Of a stretch of DNA of 64,000 nt, positions 45,067 to 55,909 are shown in pieces; positions within the stretch are counted from its first letter, which is position 1; each line of letters starts with the position of its first letter. The notes under the pieces were generated by a model, which searched no databases, was not told the origin of the DNA, and worked only from the letters and a program-made list of their open reading frames with translations. This stretch comes from Candidatus Microgenomates bacterium (lineage in GTDB: Bacteria; Patescibacteriota; Microgenomatia; JACQLA01), in assembly GCA_016204255.1 (NCBI GenBank), contig JACQLA010000005.1, positions 68,339 through 132,338 on the forward strand. The letters run 5' to 3'. The position numbers and the translations under genes are program-made.

Positions 45067-45870
45067 ATGCTAATTGATACTCACGCTCACCTAAATTTCC
45101 AGGCCTTTACCGCTGACTTCCCCGAGGTTTTAAAGCGGGCCAAGGAAGAAGGCGTGGAAAAAATAATCAACGTTGGCGCCAGTTTGGATTCAAGCCAAAA
45201 AGCCGTTGAAATATCTCAAAAATATGAAGGACTTTATGCTTCGGTCGGAATTCACCCCCATCACGCCGAAGAAACACTAAAGAACTTCGGTACTAAGGAA
45301 CTTAAGAATAAATTAGACAAATTAGCCCAAAATCCTAAAGTTGTAGCAATCGGCGAAGGCGGCTTAGATTACCACATGTATAAAAACGGCGGTATCGCCA
45401 ACCCGGAAAAACAAAAAAAACTTTTTCTGGTTCACCTTGATTTAGCACAAAAATTAAATTTGCCGCTCATCTTCCATTGTCGAGACGCCCATGATGATAT
45501 GCTAAAAACTCTTAAACTATACACTATACACTCTACCCCATATGCCATCCAAGGAGTTTTTCATTGTTTTTCCGGTGATCAGGATTTTTTGGAAAGTGTT
45601 TTAGAGATGGGTTTTTATGTCGGCTTTGACGGCAATATTACTTACAAGAGCGCCCAATGCTTGCGCGATTTGGTCTCTTCTACCCCCATTGACCGTCTGC
45701 TTCTAGAGACAGACTGTCCCTATCTGCCGCCTGAACCCTTCCGTGGTTTGCGCAACGAACCTAAAAATGTTAAGATTGTGGCTGGGGCAGTGGCTGAAAT
45801 TAAAGGACTGCCCTCTAAAGTTGTGGCAGAAAAAACCAGCGAAAACGCCCATAGACTCTTTAAGATATGA
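45067..45870 (+). CDS. tatD: TatD-family metal-dependent hydrolase
   Basis: The motifs MLIDTHAHLN, GIHPH, GEGGLDY, HCRDA, HCFSG and ETDCPYL are present. The metG-tatD synteny is common. Confidence 0.92.
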   Translation: MLIDTHAHLNFQAFTADFPEVLKRAKEEGVEKIINVGASLDSSQKAVEISQKYEGLYASVGIHPHHAEETLKNFGTKELKNKLDKLAQNPKVVAIGEGGLDYHMYKNGGIANPEKQKKLFLVHLDLAQKLNLPLIFHCRDAHDDMLKTLKLYTIHSTPYAIQGVFHCFSGDQDFLESVLEMGFYVGFDGNITYKSAQCLRDLVSSTPIDRLLLETDCPYLPPEPFRGLRNEPKNVKIVAGAVAEIKGLPSKVVAEKTSENAHRLFKI

Positions 45871-47360
45871 AATTTTTTGATCGTCTTTTTAAACGCTATC
45901 CGATTAAAACCATGCGTGCTCTGGAAATTATGCCGGGCCTACTTTCCTGGTCGTTGATCCTATTCCCCTTTTGGGGCTCGCTTCTGGTTCCTATTGCAAT
46001 TGCCTACTTTCTGATTTTCTACAACATATTTTGGTTTTATAAATCTTTCTATATGGCTGCAACGGCCATTTTGGCTCACCGAAAGATTGAAGAATCACAA
46101 AAAATTAACTGGCTGGAAAAAGCGAACAAGTTGGCGAATTTTGAAAAAGTCAGACATCTTATAATCATCCCTAACTATAAGGAGAAGGTAGAAAAATTAA
46201 GAGACACCATTCAATCGCTGGTTGATCAAAACTATCCTAAAGAAAATATGGTTATTGTTTTGGCTATGGAAATACGGGAAGCTGGAGCTCAGGAAAAAGT
46301 TAAAGTTTTAGAGCATGAGTTCGGAAAAAAATTTGGTCATTTTTATGCAACTTTTCACCCGGCTATTGCCGGAGAAGTGGCCGGAAAATCCTCAAATGAA
46401 GCCTGGGCAGGCATTTGGGCGAAGAAAAAACTTGTCGATGAGTTAGGATACGATTTGGATTACATAACCGTCTCCTCAGTAGATGCCGATTCAATATTCC
46501 ATCCACAATATTTTGCTTATTTGTCTTTTGAATTCTTAAAAGCGGGTGAAAAACGCTATCTTCATTTTTGGCAATCGGCTAATGTTTTACACAATAATAT
46601 CTGGCGCGTCCCCGCCCCAATCAGAACTTCCTCAATTATTTCTTCCGTTTGGCGAACCAGTGTCCTATTGAGACACGATCGTCTAATTCCCAACTCTACC
46701 TACTCCCTAAGTCTTAAAATGCTTGATAAAGTTGGTTATTGGGATATTGATGTTATTCCTGAGGACTACCGAATTTTCTTCAAGGCTTTTTACAAACTCG
46801 AGGGAAAAGTCGAAACCAGACCCATTTTTTTAACCACTTCTATGGACGCAGCCGAATCAACAACATACTGGAAAAGCTTGCTTAATAAATATGAACAAGA
46901 AAAACGCTGGGCCTGGGGCGTTTCTGATGACCCTCTTTTTATTAAATGGTGGCTAACCGTTCCCAACGTATCCTTTTGGGATAAAACTGTTCATCTGATT
47001 AAAATTTTGGAGGATCATATTCTTTGGCCGGTTAACTGGTTTGCAATCACCATTGGCGCCAATATAATTCCTTTCTTAAATCCCCAATTCAGTCGAACGG
47101 TTCTTGGTTACAATTTACCAAGATTTTCCTCCTTTATCTTAACGACCTGTGTTTTGGCCCTGGCCGTAATTTTAGTTATCGACTTGCGTCAAAGACCCAA
47201 GTCGCAACAGTCCCCAATCCAACGAAAATTACTCACTGTTTTGGAATTTATTTTAATGCCCTTCACCTCTTTTTTTCTTTGGGCCCTGCCTGGAATTATT
47301 GCTCATACACAACTCATGCTTGGGAAAAGATTGGAATATAAGGTTACTGAAAAAGTTTAG
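45867..47360 (+). CDS. membrane-embedded family-2 glycosyltransferase (processive-synthase-like)
   Basis: N- and C-terminal TM helices flank a GT-A domain (IIIPNYKEK, VDADSIF and the QxxRW-like EQEKRWAWG). Confidence 0.75.
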   Translation: MKFFDRLFKRYPIKTMRALEIMPGLLSWSLILFPFWGSLLVPIAIAYFLIFYNIFWFYKSFYMAATAILAHRKIEESQKINWLEKANKLANFEKVRHLIIIPNYKEKVEKLRDTIQSLVDQNYPKENMVIVLAMEIREAGAQEKVKVLEHEFGKKFGHFYATFHPAIAGEVAGKSSNEAWAGIWAKKKLVDELGYDLDYITVSSVDADSIFHPQYFAYLSFEFLKAGEKRYLHFWQSANVLHNNIWRVPAPIRTSSIISSVWRTSVLLRHDRLIPNSTYSLSLKMLDKVGYWDIDVIPEDYRIFFKAFYKLEGKVETRPIFLTTSMDAAESTTYWKSLLNKYEQEKRWAWGVSDDPLFIKWWLTVPNVSFWDKTVHLIKILEDHILWPVNWFAITIGANIIPFLNPQFSRTVLGYNLPRFSSFILTTCVLALAVILVIDLRQRPKSQQSPIQRKLLTVLEFILMPFTSFFLWALPGIIAHTQLMLGKRLEYKVTEKV

Positions 47361-47371
47361 AAGCTACTTCC

Positions 47372-48865
47372 ATGTTAGAAAAAATAGAAAAACATCTAGA
47401 TTTAGGTTTTCTCTTAGCTTTATCTTTTTTTCTCAGACTCCCCTCTCTTTTTGAACCCTACCATTATGGAGATGAAGGAATTTATGAAGTTCTAGGGCAG
47501 GCAGTTTCTCAAGGAGGCTTACTCTATCGCGACGCTTGGGATAATAAACCACCGTTTCTTTACTTAATTTACGCCGTTTTTAGCGGCGATCTCTTTTGGG
47601 TCAAGTTTCTCTCTTTAGTTTTCTGTCTTTTAACCATTACTGTCTTTTATCTTTTGGCAAGGAAAATATTTACATCTGGCCGACTAGCCTTACTCTCAAC
47701 CCTAATCTTTACACTACTTTTCTCTCTCCCCTTTCTTGAGGGTAATATTGCCAATGCAGAAAACTTTATGTTACTACCGATCATTTTTGCCTTTTATCTT
47801 GTATTTCGCTATTTTCCCAAAAGTAACAGATTTCATTTTTTAAGCGCTGGTTTTTTACTCGGCTTAGCTTTTCTTCTTAAAATCGTTGCCATTTTTGACT
47901 TTGCCGCGCTTGGCGTTTTTCTTCTGATTGGACTTTGGGATAAAATATTCCCTCCTTTAAAGTCAAATAAAATCTTTAAAAAACTTTTAAATTTCAAGCC
48001 AGAAATGGTCTTTCCTTTACTTTTTCTTTTCGGAGGTTTTATCCTACCAATTATCGCAACCTTCATGTTTTTCTTCTTTCAAGGATCTTTTAAAGATTTT
48101 CTCACCGCCGCTTTTTCCCAAAATGCAAATTATGTCGCCGCGGGCAACCAGTTATTTATCCCTCAGGGCTGGTTGCTTTTTAAGCTTTTGTTGCTTGCAA
48201 TTTTTTGTCTCTTTCTTCTGCTTAAACGCGGATCTTTTACAAAGGGACAGCTTTTAATCTTTCTTTGGTTTGGTTTTTCTGTATTCAACGCTCTTTTTGC
48301 CGAAAGACCGTGGATTCACTATCTTCTGGTTTTAATCCCGGCGCTTTCTTTACTTTTACTCTTTCCTTTCCAAGAAAAAAAATGGAGGAGATTTACTTTA
48401 GCTATTATTATTTTTACTTTTTATCTTATTGGGTCTCGCTTTTGGCTCTATGGAAAAACATTTACCTACTACGAAAATTTCTTTTCCTTGATAGCCGGAA
48501 AAAAATCGGTTGAAGACTATTATTCTTTTTGGGGGAATCACGTTAATCGCGATTATCAGGTGGCGCAATTTTTAATGGCTAAAAATGGAGGCTCTGATCC
48601 GATTTTTATTTGGGGAGATAATGCTCAAATTTATGCCTTAGCCAAAAAGCCAGTAGTCGGTCGTTACTCGGTCGCCTATCATATTACTTTCTATCCTCAG
48701 GCCTACCAAGAAACAATAGAAGCCTTGAGTCAAAAACAACCCAGATATATTATTATTCTTTTACCACAAACGGCTCCTTTAAAAGATATCGGGGTCTTCA
48801 TAAGCCAGCACTATCGTCTTCTTTTCCAAACTGAAGGTTTTATTGTTTATGAAAAACAGCTTTAA
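47372..48865 (+). CDS. GT-C fold glycosyltransferase (ArnT/PMT, GT39/83-like)
   Basis: It has about 12 TM helices. The first extracytoplasmic loop carries YHYGDEGIY, a DE-type motif. The C-terminus is a soluble domain. Confidence 0.72.
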   Translation: MLEKIEKHLDLGFLLALSFFLRLPSLFEPYHYGDEGIYEVLGQAVSQGGLLYRDAWDNKPPFLYLIYAVFSGDLFWVKFLSLVFCLLTITVFYLLARKIFTSGRLALLSTLIFTLLFSLPFLEGNIANAENFMLLPIIFAFYLVFRYFPKSNRFHFLSAGFLLGLAFLLKIVAIFDFAALGVFLLIGLWDKIFPPLKSNKIFKKLLNFKPEMVFPLLFLFGGFILPIIATFMFFFFQGSFKDFLTAAFSQNANYVAAGNQLFIPQGWLLFKLLLLAIFCLFLLLKRGSFTKGQLLIFLWFGFSVFNALFAERPWIHYLLVLIPALSLLLLFPFQEKKWRRFTLAIIIFTFYLIGSRFWLYGKTFTYYENFFSLIAGKKSVEDYYSFWGNHVNRDYQVAQFLMAKNGGSDPIFIWGDNAQIYALAKKPVVGRYSVAYHITFYPQAYQETIEALSQKQPRYIIILLPQTAPLKDIGVFISQHYRLLFQTEGFIVYEKQL

Positions 48866-49202
48866 AAAAATTCTTAATAACCCTCCCTATCTTTGGGGAA
48901 TCGTTTTTACGGTGGTTGTTATTCTTTTCTCTGTTTTTCTTTTAGTCTTAAATTGGCAGAATCTTCCTCCACAAGTTCCTATTTTTTATAATCGCCTTTG
49001 GGGGGAAGACCAACTGGGAAAACGGGAAGAACTTTTACTGCTTCCATCAATCGCTTTTGTATTTTTCATAATCAATATCCTTCTGGCAACAAAAATTTAT
49101 TTAAAAGAGGGTCTAATTTCTTTAATTTTGATTTGGACTGCTTCCTTCTTAGCATTTGCCGGGATCTTCACTTTACTGCAAATTATAAGGATTGTTGGTT
49201 AA
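48849..49202 (+). CDS. small polytopic membrane protein
   Basis: ORF from the track. I prefer the ATG at 48849. It sits between the GT-C and GT4 genes. Confidence 0.5.
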   Translation: MKNSFKKILNNPPYLWGIVFTVVVILFSVFLLVLNWQNLPPQVPIFYNRLWGEDQLGKREELLLLPSIAFVFFIINILLATKIYLKEGLISLILIWTASFLAFAGIFTLLQIIRIVG

Positions 49203-49206
49203 ATTT

Positions 49207-50316
49207 ATGGATGTTTTTAATCCTTTTTTTCAAAATTTTCTCCTTTTTCCCTTCTTAACAGCTTTTATTTTTTCCTTTATTTCTACCCCTTTTGTCATTC
49301 GTCTGGCCCGTTATTTTGAACTGGTTGACAATCCTAAGGTAAGAAAGCACCCCGCGCACGTCCATAGTCACACCATTCCTCGAGCCGGAGGATTAGCGAT
49401 TTACTTCGGAATTATTATTAGCGTCATTCTATTTTTTCCTTTCTCGAAACAGTTATTGGGAATTGTGGGTGGGATGACCGCTCTTATTTTTATTGGCCTG
49501 CTAGATGATAAATTTGACCTTAATCCTTATTTCCGCTTAGTAACTAACTGTTTTGCGGCGCTTTTAGTCATCGGATCAGGAATCAGTATCGCCTATATCA
49601 CCAACCCCTTTGGAGGAATCATCCACTTCGATACCCTGAGGATAAAATTTAACTTTTTCGGACCGCACTCCATTATAGTATGGGCAGATCTTTTGGCCCT
49701 TATTTGGATTGTCTGGTGTATGAACATGGTCAACTGGTCAAAGGGTGTAGATGGGCAAATGCCGGGCTTTACCGCCATAAGCGCTTTCATTTTAGGAATT
49801 CTGGCCTTTCGTTTTGCCATCGGCGGTGATTCATCTCAATGGTTTGTGGTTGTCTTCAGCTTTATCGCTGCCGGCGCTTTTTCCGGTTTTATCCCTTTTA
49901 ATTTTTATCCGCAGAGGGTAATGCCTGGCTATGGAGGCGGGAGTTTAGCCGGCTTTATTTTAGCAATACTGGCTATTTTATCCGGCGCAAAACTTGCCAC
50001 AGCCATTTTGGTTTTGGGTGTTCCTATGGTTGACGCTTGCTACACCATCGCCCGAAGAATGTTTAGCAAGCGTTCTCCTGTTTGGGCTGATCGCGGACAT
50101 CTCCATCATAAACTTATGGATCTTGGTTGGGGTAAACGCCGGATTGCTTTATTTTATTGGCTGCTCTCTGCTATACTAGGGGCGGTTTCTTTGAATCTCA
50201 ATAGCCGGGGTAAATTTTTTGCCATCGTCCTTGTTGGAGTGCTTTTAGGAGGTGTTCTTTTATGGTTAAGCTTTTGGGCTACCTTTTCAAGGCAAGCCGA
50301 CCGAAACAATGGTTAA
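49207..50316 (+). CDS. polyprenyl-phosphate N-acetylhexosamine-1-phosphate transferase (GT4, MraY/WecA family)
   Basis: The motifs PRAGGLAIY, GLLDDKFDLNP and NMVNWSKGVDGQ (a variant of NxxNxxDGxDG) are present, plus a C-terminal HLHHKL. I prefer the ATG at 49207. Confidence 0.83.
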   Translation: MDVFNPFFQNFLLFPFLTAFIFSFISTPFVIRLARYFELVDNPKVRKHPAHVHSHTIPRAGGLAIYFGIIISVILFFPFSKQLLGIVGGMTALIFIGLLDDKFDLNPYFRLVTNCFAALLVIGSGISIAYITNPFGGIIHFDTLRIKFNFFGPHSIIVWADLLALIWIVWCMNMVNWSKGVDGQMPGFTAISAFILGILAFRFAIGGDSSQWFVVVFSFIAAGAFSGFIPFNFYPQRVMPGYGGGSLAGFILAILAILSGAKLATAILVLGVPMVDACYTIARRMFSKRSPVWADRGHLHHKLMDLGWGKRRIALFYWLLSAILGAVSLNLNSRGKFFAIVLVGVLLGGVLLWLSFWATFSRQADRNNG

Positions 50317-51206
50317 AAAACCTTAGCCTTTTTGCGGCAATAGTTTTCACCGGGCAGCTTTTTACTCCTGAATTGCTTAAAATCAGCCTTTTTGCGTTTG
50401 TGATTTTTTGTCTCCTTTCTTCCAGCTCCTATTTAATTAACGACGTAATTGATGCCAATCGTGATCGTTTGCATCCATTTAAAAAATTACGCCCCATTGC
50501 CTCGGGAAAGCTCTCCCGCAATTTCGCCCTAGGGGTGGCCTTAGCGGAAGTTATTTTCGCTCTTAATTTTTCTTTACTGATAAGCCAAGGGTTCTTTTTA
50601 ATTGCTCTAACCTTCTGGATGCTCCATATGTCCTACTCCTTTTTTCTCAAGAAGGCGACAGTAATTGACATTTTAGCAATAGCAACCTGCTATATCCTGC
50701 GAGTTTATGCTGGCGAGATAGCCACCGGTTTTCACCTCTCTGTCTGGCTAATGCTTTGCATTATTTCTCTTTCTCTCTTTTTAGCCATCGGCAAAAGACG
50801 TTCTGAACTCACTCTTTTGACTGCCCACAATGAATCAATTTCTGCTAAAGTTCGCGGGACTCTTTTACATTACTCCGAAAAACTGCTGGACGTATACACT
50901 GCCATTTTTGCTAACGCCATTTGGATAACTTATGCCTTCTTTACCTTTTTGGAGCGTCCACCAACTTACGGCTGGCTGTGGCAAAGTCAATGGGGACAGT
51001 TTTTGTATTCTTCCTACGCCGACCGCAAATGGCTTATGGCCACTATTCCTTTAGTAATCTATGGTATTATGCGATACCTGCAGCTTATTTATGAAAAATC
51101 AGAGGGTGAATCCCCGGAGGAAGTTTTGCTCTCCGACAAACCTCTTTTGTTTACGGTGATTTTTTGGAGCTTTGCGGTCGTAATTATCATTTATGGACTT
51201 GGTTAA
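50262..51206 (+). CDS. UbiA-family polyprenyl-phosphate phosphoribosyltransferase (DPPR synthase-like)
   Basis: The motifs RPKQWLKN and NDVIDANRDRLHPFKKLRPIASG, plus a second Asp-rich region, match the decaprenyl-phosphate phosphoribosyltransferase subfamily. It overlaps the upstream gene by 55 nt. Confidence 0.82.
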   Translation: MVKLLGYLFKASRPKQWLKNLSLFAAIVFTGQLFTPELLKISLFAFVIFCLLSSSSYLINDVIDANRDRLHPFKKLRPIASGKLSRNFALGVALAEVIFALNFSLLISQGFFLIALTFWMLHMSYSFFLKKATVIDILAIATCYILRVYAGEIATGFHLSVWLMLCIISLSLFLAIGKRRSELTLLTAHNESISAKVRGTLLHYSEKLLDVYTAIFANAIWITYAFFTFLERPPTYGWLWQSQWGQFLYSSYADRKWLMATIPLVIYGIMRYLQLIYEKSEGESPEEVLLSDKPLLFTVIFWSFAVVIIIYGLG

Positions 51207-52030
51207 AGTCCATTAATCTTTTGTCCGTATTGGGAGGAAATCCAGCCCTCTTTTTCCTCGCCATCCTCATTGTACTGGATTTTAAACCAATCTTCCTGCT
51301 CTTCAAGCAAAGGATATTCTTCATTGGGCTTAATTTTGGCCGCTTCGCTGGCGGCAACCGATGGCTCGGTTCTGACCCGCAACCATCCAGTAGGAGTTTT
51401 AAGAATTTTAACCTTTAAAACAGCACTCTCGGAGGCTATTTTGGGGACTTCCTGAACAGTTCCCGCAAGCTTTACATTGATCAAAAGTTTATATCCGGCC
51501 GCTGTCCTAATAGTTAGAGTTCTTTCTTGATAACCGGGAAAAGAAAAACGTAACTCATGGTCGCCACTTTCATAACCGCCCAAAACCTTGGGCGCTGTCC
51601 CCTGATCTTCACCATCAATCGAAAAGCTCGCGCCATCCGGATCTGATAAAACCATTATTTCTCCTTTTTTTTCATTAGTTTTTTCTAAAGTTAGGATCTC
51701 CCCTACCGATTCCTTTTCTGTTGGCCCAAAAAGATAATTTACCGAAGTTAAAACCCGAGGATAAAGTTTAACTTTCCGCTCAACAATAGAGCCGTTATTC
51801 TCTTGTACGAGGCGGAGTGTGTACTCACCCGGCGCAAGCTGATCATTTTCTAAAGGAGACTTGCCCAAATCTTTTCCATCAAGGAAAACCCGGGCAGGAG
51901 GAATGGTCGTTACTTGTAGTGCGGCAACAACGTTTTTTTTGGGTAAGGCGGCGATTATATTCCCTCCCCAAAAAATCGCTCCGCCAAGAAGGACAAAGCC
52001 AATAAATAGTAAAAAATAACCTTTTCTCAT
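51203..52030 (-). CDS. PEGA-domain protein with C-terminal SH3b domain, membrane anchored
   Basis: It has two PEGA-like repeats (LAPGEYTLRL and GDHELRFSFPGYQERT) and a C-terminal SH3_3-like segment (GWLRVRTEPS...WFKIQY...GWISSQY). Confidence 0.72.
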   Translation of the reverse strand: MRKGYFLLFIGFVLLGGAIFWGGNIIAALPKKNVVAALQVTTIPPARVFLDGKDLGKSPLENDQLAPGEYTLRLVQENNGSIVERKVKLYPRVLTSVNYLFGPTEKESVGEILTLEKTNEKKGEIMVLSDPDGASFSIDGEDQGTAPKVLGGYESGDHELRFSFPGYQERTLTIRTAAGYKLLINVKLAGTVQEVPKIASESAVLKVKILKTPTGWLRVRTEPSVAASEAAKIKPNEEYPLLEEQEDWFKIQYNEDGEEKEGWISSQYGQKINGL

Positions 52031-52145
52031 GTTGTATCTATACCTAATTCCACCAACAACAAAATTCAGACCTATTAATAATACCCATAATTATACACTC
52101 CCTCTGAAAGAGGTATAGTAATTTCTTCCTGTAAGCGTAAGGAAT

Positions 52146-52214
52146 TTGACTTTTGAACGGATTTTTGCTAGAATCAGGTTTCTCCTATTTACAGTAGGAG
52201 TTTTTTCTTTTTTT
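52146..52214 (+). promoter_or_regulatory. promoter (TTGACT-N17-TGcTAGAAT) followed by an early hairpin + T-run in the M23 peptidase leader
   Basis: The -35 box is at 52146-52151 and the -10 box at 52169-52174. A hairpin, ctccta (52182-87) / taggag (52195-200), is followed by ttttttcttttttt (52201-52214). Confidence 0.55.
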
Positions 52215-52277
52215 CGCCCCATCAGGCGAAAACCTCTAGCTCGTTTCCTGTCCTTAAAAAAACAAGCAGAGATAGTT

Positions 52278-52853
52278 ATGGTTAAAAAAATAAAGATTTC
52301 CTATCGCTTTTTAAGCCGGAAATTTTTGGACCAAAAACGAATCAAAAAAATAGTTGGGATTAATCTAGTAGCCATCGGGCTACTCTTTGGTATTTTGCCT
52401 TCGGGCGTGGAAGCTTTTTATAACCGCCAGATTATTAGCGATTTATCCACCATCCAATTTACGGTTCAAGAGCTAACAACGCTGAAAGCCTCCCAATTTC
52501 CACTTAAAACTTACGATTATATCTCACAATATTTTTCTTACTATCACCCGGGAATTGACTTAAGTGCACCTTTTAAAACTCCCATTTACCCCATTGAAAA
52601 GGGAGAAGTTAAGGCAATTTACAGTCTTTTTTATGACTATGGCCGATATATCGTTATTGACCACGGCGATGGTTTGGAGTCCTTATACGCGCATCTTTCC
52701 TCTTTTAATGTTAACGTGGGTGATAAGGTAACTAAAGAAAGCGTAATTGGCTTTGTTGGGGCCACCGGACGAGCAACAGGTAGTCATCTGCACTTGGAAA
52801 TTTGGATAAACGGCAAGGCTTTAAATCCGCTTGAGGTTTTAGGAGAAAAATAA
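52278..52853 (+). CDS. M23-family (LytM-type) peptidoglycan endopeptidase
   Basis: The motifs HPGIDL and GSHLHLEI are present, with an N-terminal TM anchor. I prefer the ATG at 52278 because the track's TTG at 52146 coincides with the -35 box. Confidence 0.86.
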   Translation: MVKKIKISYRFLSRKFLDQKRIKKIVGINLVAIGLLFGILPSGVEAFYNRQIISDLSTIQFTVQELTTLKASQFPLKTYDYISQYFSYYHPGIDLSAPFKTPIYPIEKGEVKAIYSLFYDYGRYIVIDHGDGLESLYAHLSSFNVNVGDKVTKESVIGFVGATGRATGSHLHLEIWINGKALNPLEVLGEK

Positions 52854-52884
52854 ACCATCCGTAAAGTAGTTTAACCATTTAAAA

Positions 52885-52911
52885 AGCGCTCCCGCGGGAG
52901 CGCTTTTTTTA
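52885..52911. terminator. bidirectional rho-independent terminator (M23 peptidase / groEL)
   Basis: The perfect 20-nt palindrome agcgctcccgcgggagcgct is flanked by aaaa on the 5' side and ttttttt on the 3' side. It lies between two convergent genes. Confidence 0.85.
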
Positions 52912-52942
52912 TTAGCAATTAGATAATTTGAAAGTTTGTAAT

Positions 52943-54583
<1,641 letters not shown>

Positions 54584-54886
54584 TTATTCAACAATAGCTA
54601 AGATATCTTTTTGTTCGACAAGCAACCATTCCCCGCCTTCAACTTTGACCTCATTTCCGCCCCATTTTTTATACATCACTTTCTGCCCGACTTTAACCAC
54701 GATTGGAAGTTTTTTTCCTTCGTCGCTTGTGGCTCCAGGACCGATAGCCATCACTTGGCCAATTTGAGGTTTTTCTTTGACGGATTCGGGTAATAAAATC
54801 CCGGAAGGAGTTTTTGTTTCCTCCGCTAAGGGTTTAATAAGAATATAATCAAATAACGGTTTAATTTTTGCTGTTTTGTTAGTCAT
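54584..54886 (-). CDS. groES: co-chaperonin GroES
   Basis: The 100-aa protein contains IKPLFDYILIKP and sits upstream of groEL. Confidence 0.96.
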   Translation of the reverse strand: MTNKTAKIKPLFDYILIKPLAEETKTPSGILLPESVKEKPQIGQVMAIGPGATSDEGKKLPIVVKVGQKVMYKKWGGNEVKVEGGEWLLVEQKDILAIVE

Positions 54887-54910
54887 AAAATCCCCTTTTA
54901 ACGATAAAAA

Positions 54911-54967
54911 ATATCACTCTTTTAAAGCGACTGCTAATATATATAGCAAAAACCTGTCATTTGTCAA
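54911..54967 (-). promoter_or_regulatory. groES promoter (TTGACA-N16-TATATA) followed by a CIRCE-like operator
   Basis: The CIRCE-like element is atatcactc-N9-gactgctaa at 54911-54937; its left half is degenerate. On the minus strand the -35 box TTGACA is at 54967->54962, inside the 3' end of the upstream gene, and the -10 box TATATA is at 54945->54940. Confidence 0.65.
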
Positions 54968-55898
54968 GAGGTAAATTCCGAATTCTCGCGTAATAGCTTG
55001 CCAAAATCCACTTTCTGGCATCTTGGGGGTGAAATCGAATCGCTCCATCACTAATTATCTCGGTCGTACGGTGTCTGCGCATATACCATAATTGAAGGTT
55101 TTTAAAAAACTTTTCAAAAAGCGCAAAAGCATAAATAGTTAAAACGGGTGGGCCCGAATTATGTTTTCTTAAACCTCGGTTTTTTGTTTTTATTCCCTTC
55201 GGCAAATATTTTTTTACCCAGAGGTTAGCTTTTAGGAATTTTTCGTGAGCATAATCTCTATCCCATAAAGATATTAATTGCGCGACCTCGTGTGCCGTAT
55301 ATAAATCTTGGTCTTCAGGAGAAATCTGAAGGTGTTCTTCATCCAGAAACATATTGAGGCAGATTTTGTCTTTAGTTTCCTTCTCCCGTGGACGCCGGCG
55401 CTGGCCTAAGATTTCTAATAAAATAGTCGTCCAAAAACGGGTTAGCCAAAGAGTTCCCGTCTTGCTCACAATCAAAATATCAATATCATCATCTTGTTCG
55501 CTGTTTCTAACCGCCAGAGTCCCGGTTAAAGCAATCATCTTGATTGTGGGGATAAGTTTAAGAAAATGAGTGATGCGCCTGGCTTTAATTAATTTCACCC
55601 TGCTCCATTTTTCCCTTTCCTGTCGAATTCTCACAATTTTTTCTCGCTTTTTCAAAAAATAAAATCCGTCCTTAAATCCAAATTTATCCGAAGATTTACT
55701 CCGAATTGATCCAAATTTATCTTTCCATTCGGATTTATTTGGATTAATAATTCGAGTTTCATCCGGATCTTTAATAAGCCAGCGAAAAAGTTCTTTTTCC
55801 GTAAGGGGATAGTCAAAAACATCAGCGTAAGCCAGAGTTTTGAGAACAGCGTTCTCCATCGGGATATTCTTTACCCCTGGCTTATTTACTACATTCAT
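54957..55898 (-). CDS. hypothetical protein with Pol-beta-type nucleotidyltransferase-like core
   Basis: The segment LTGTLAVRNSEQDDDIDILIV resembles the GS-x(n)-DxD minimal NTase motif. An N-terminal winged-helix-like region is present. Confidence 0.5.
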   Translation of the reverse strand: MNVVNKPGVKNIPMENAVLKTLAYADVFDYPLTEKELFRWLIKDPDETRIINPNKSEWKDKFGSIRSKSSDKFGFKDGFYFLKKREKIVRIRQEREKWSRVKLIKARRITHFLKLIPTIKMIALTGTLAVRNSEQDDDIDILIVSKTGTLWLTRFWTTILLEILGQRRRPREKETKDKICLNMFLDEEHLQISPEDQDLYTAHEVAQLISLWDRDYAHEKFLKANLWVKKYLPKGIKTKNRGLRKHNSGPPVLTIYAFALFEKFFKNLQLWYMRRHRTTEIISDGAIRFHPQDARKWILASYYARIRNLPLDK

Positions 55899-55909
55899 TT
55901 ATGTTCTGT

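Noticed and set aside
52146-52277. The TTG start at 52146, which extends the M23 peptidase by 44 residues.
   Set aside because: The TTG is the first triplet of a TTGACT -35 hexamer belonging to a near-consensus promoter. The extension has no signal-peptide logic, whereas the ATG at 52278 gives a normal basic N-terminus followed by a TM anchor.
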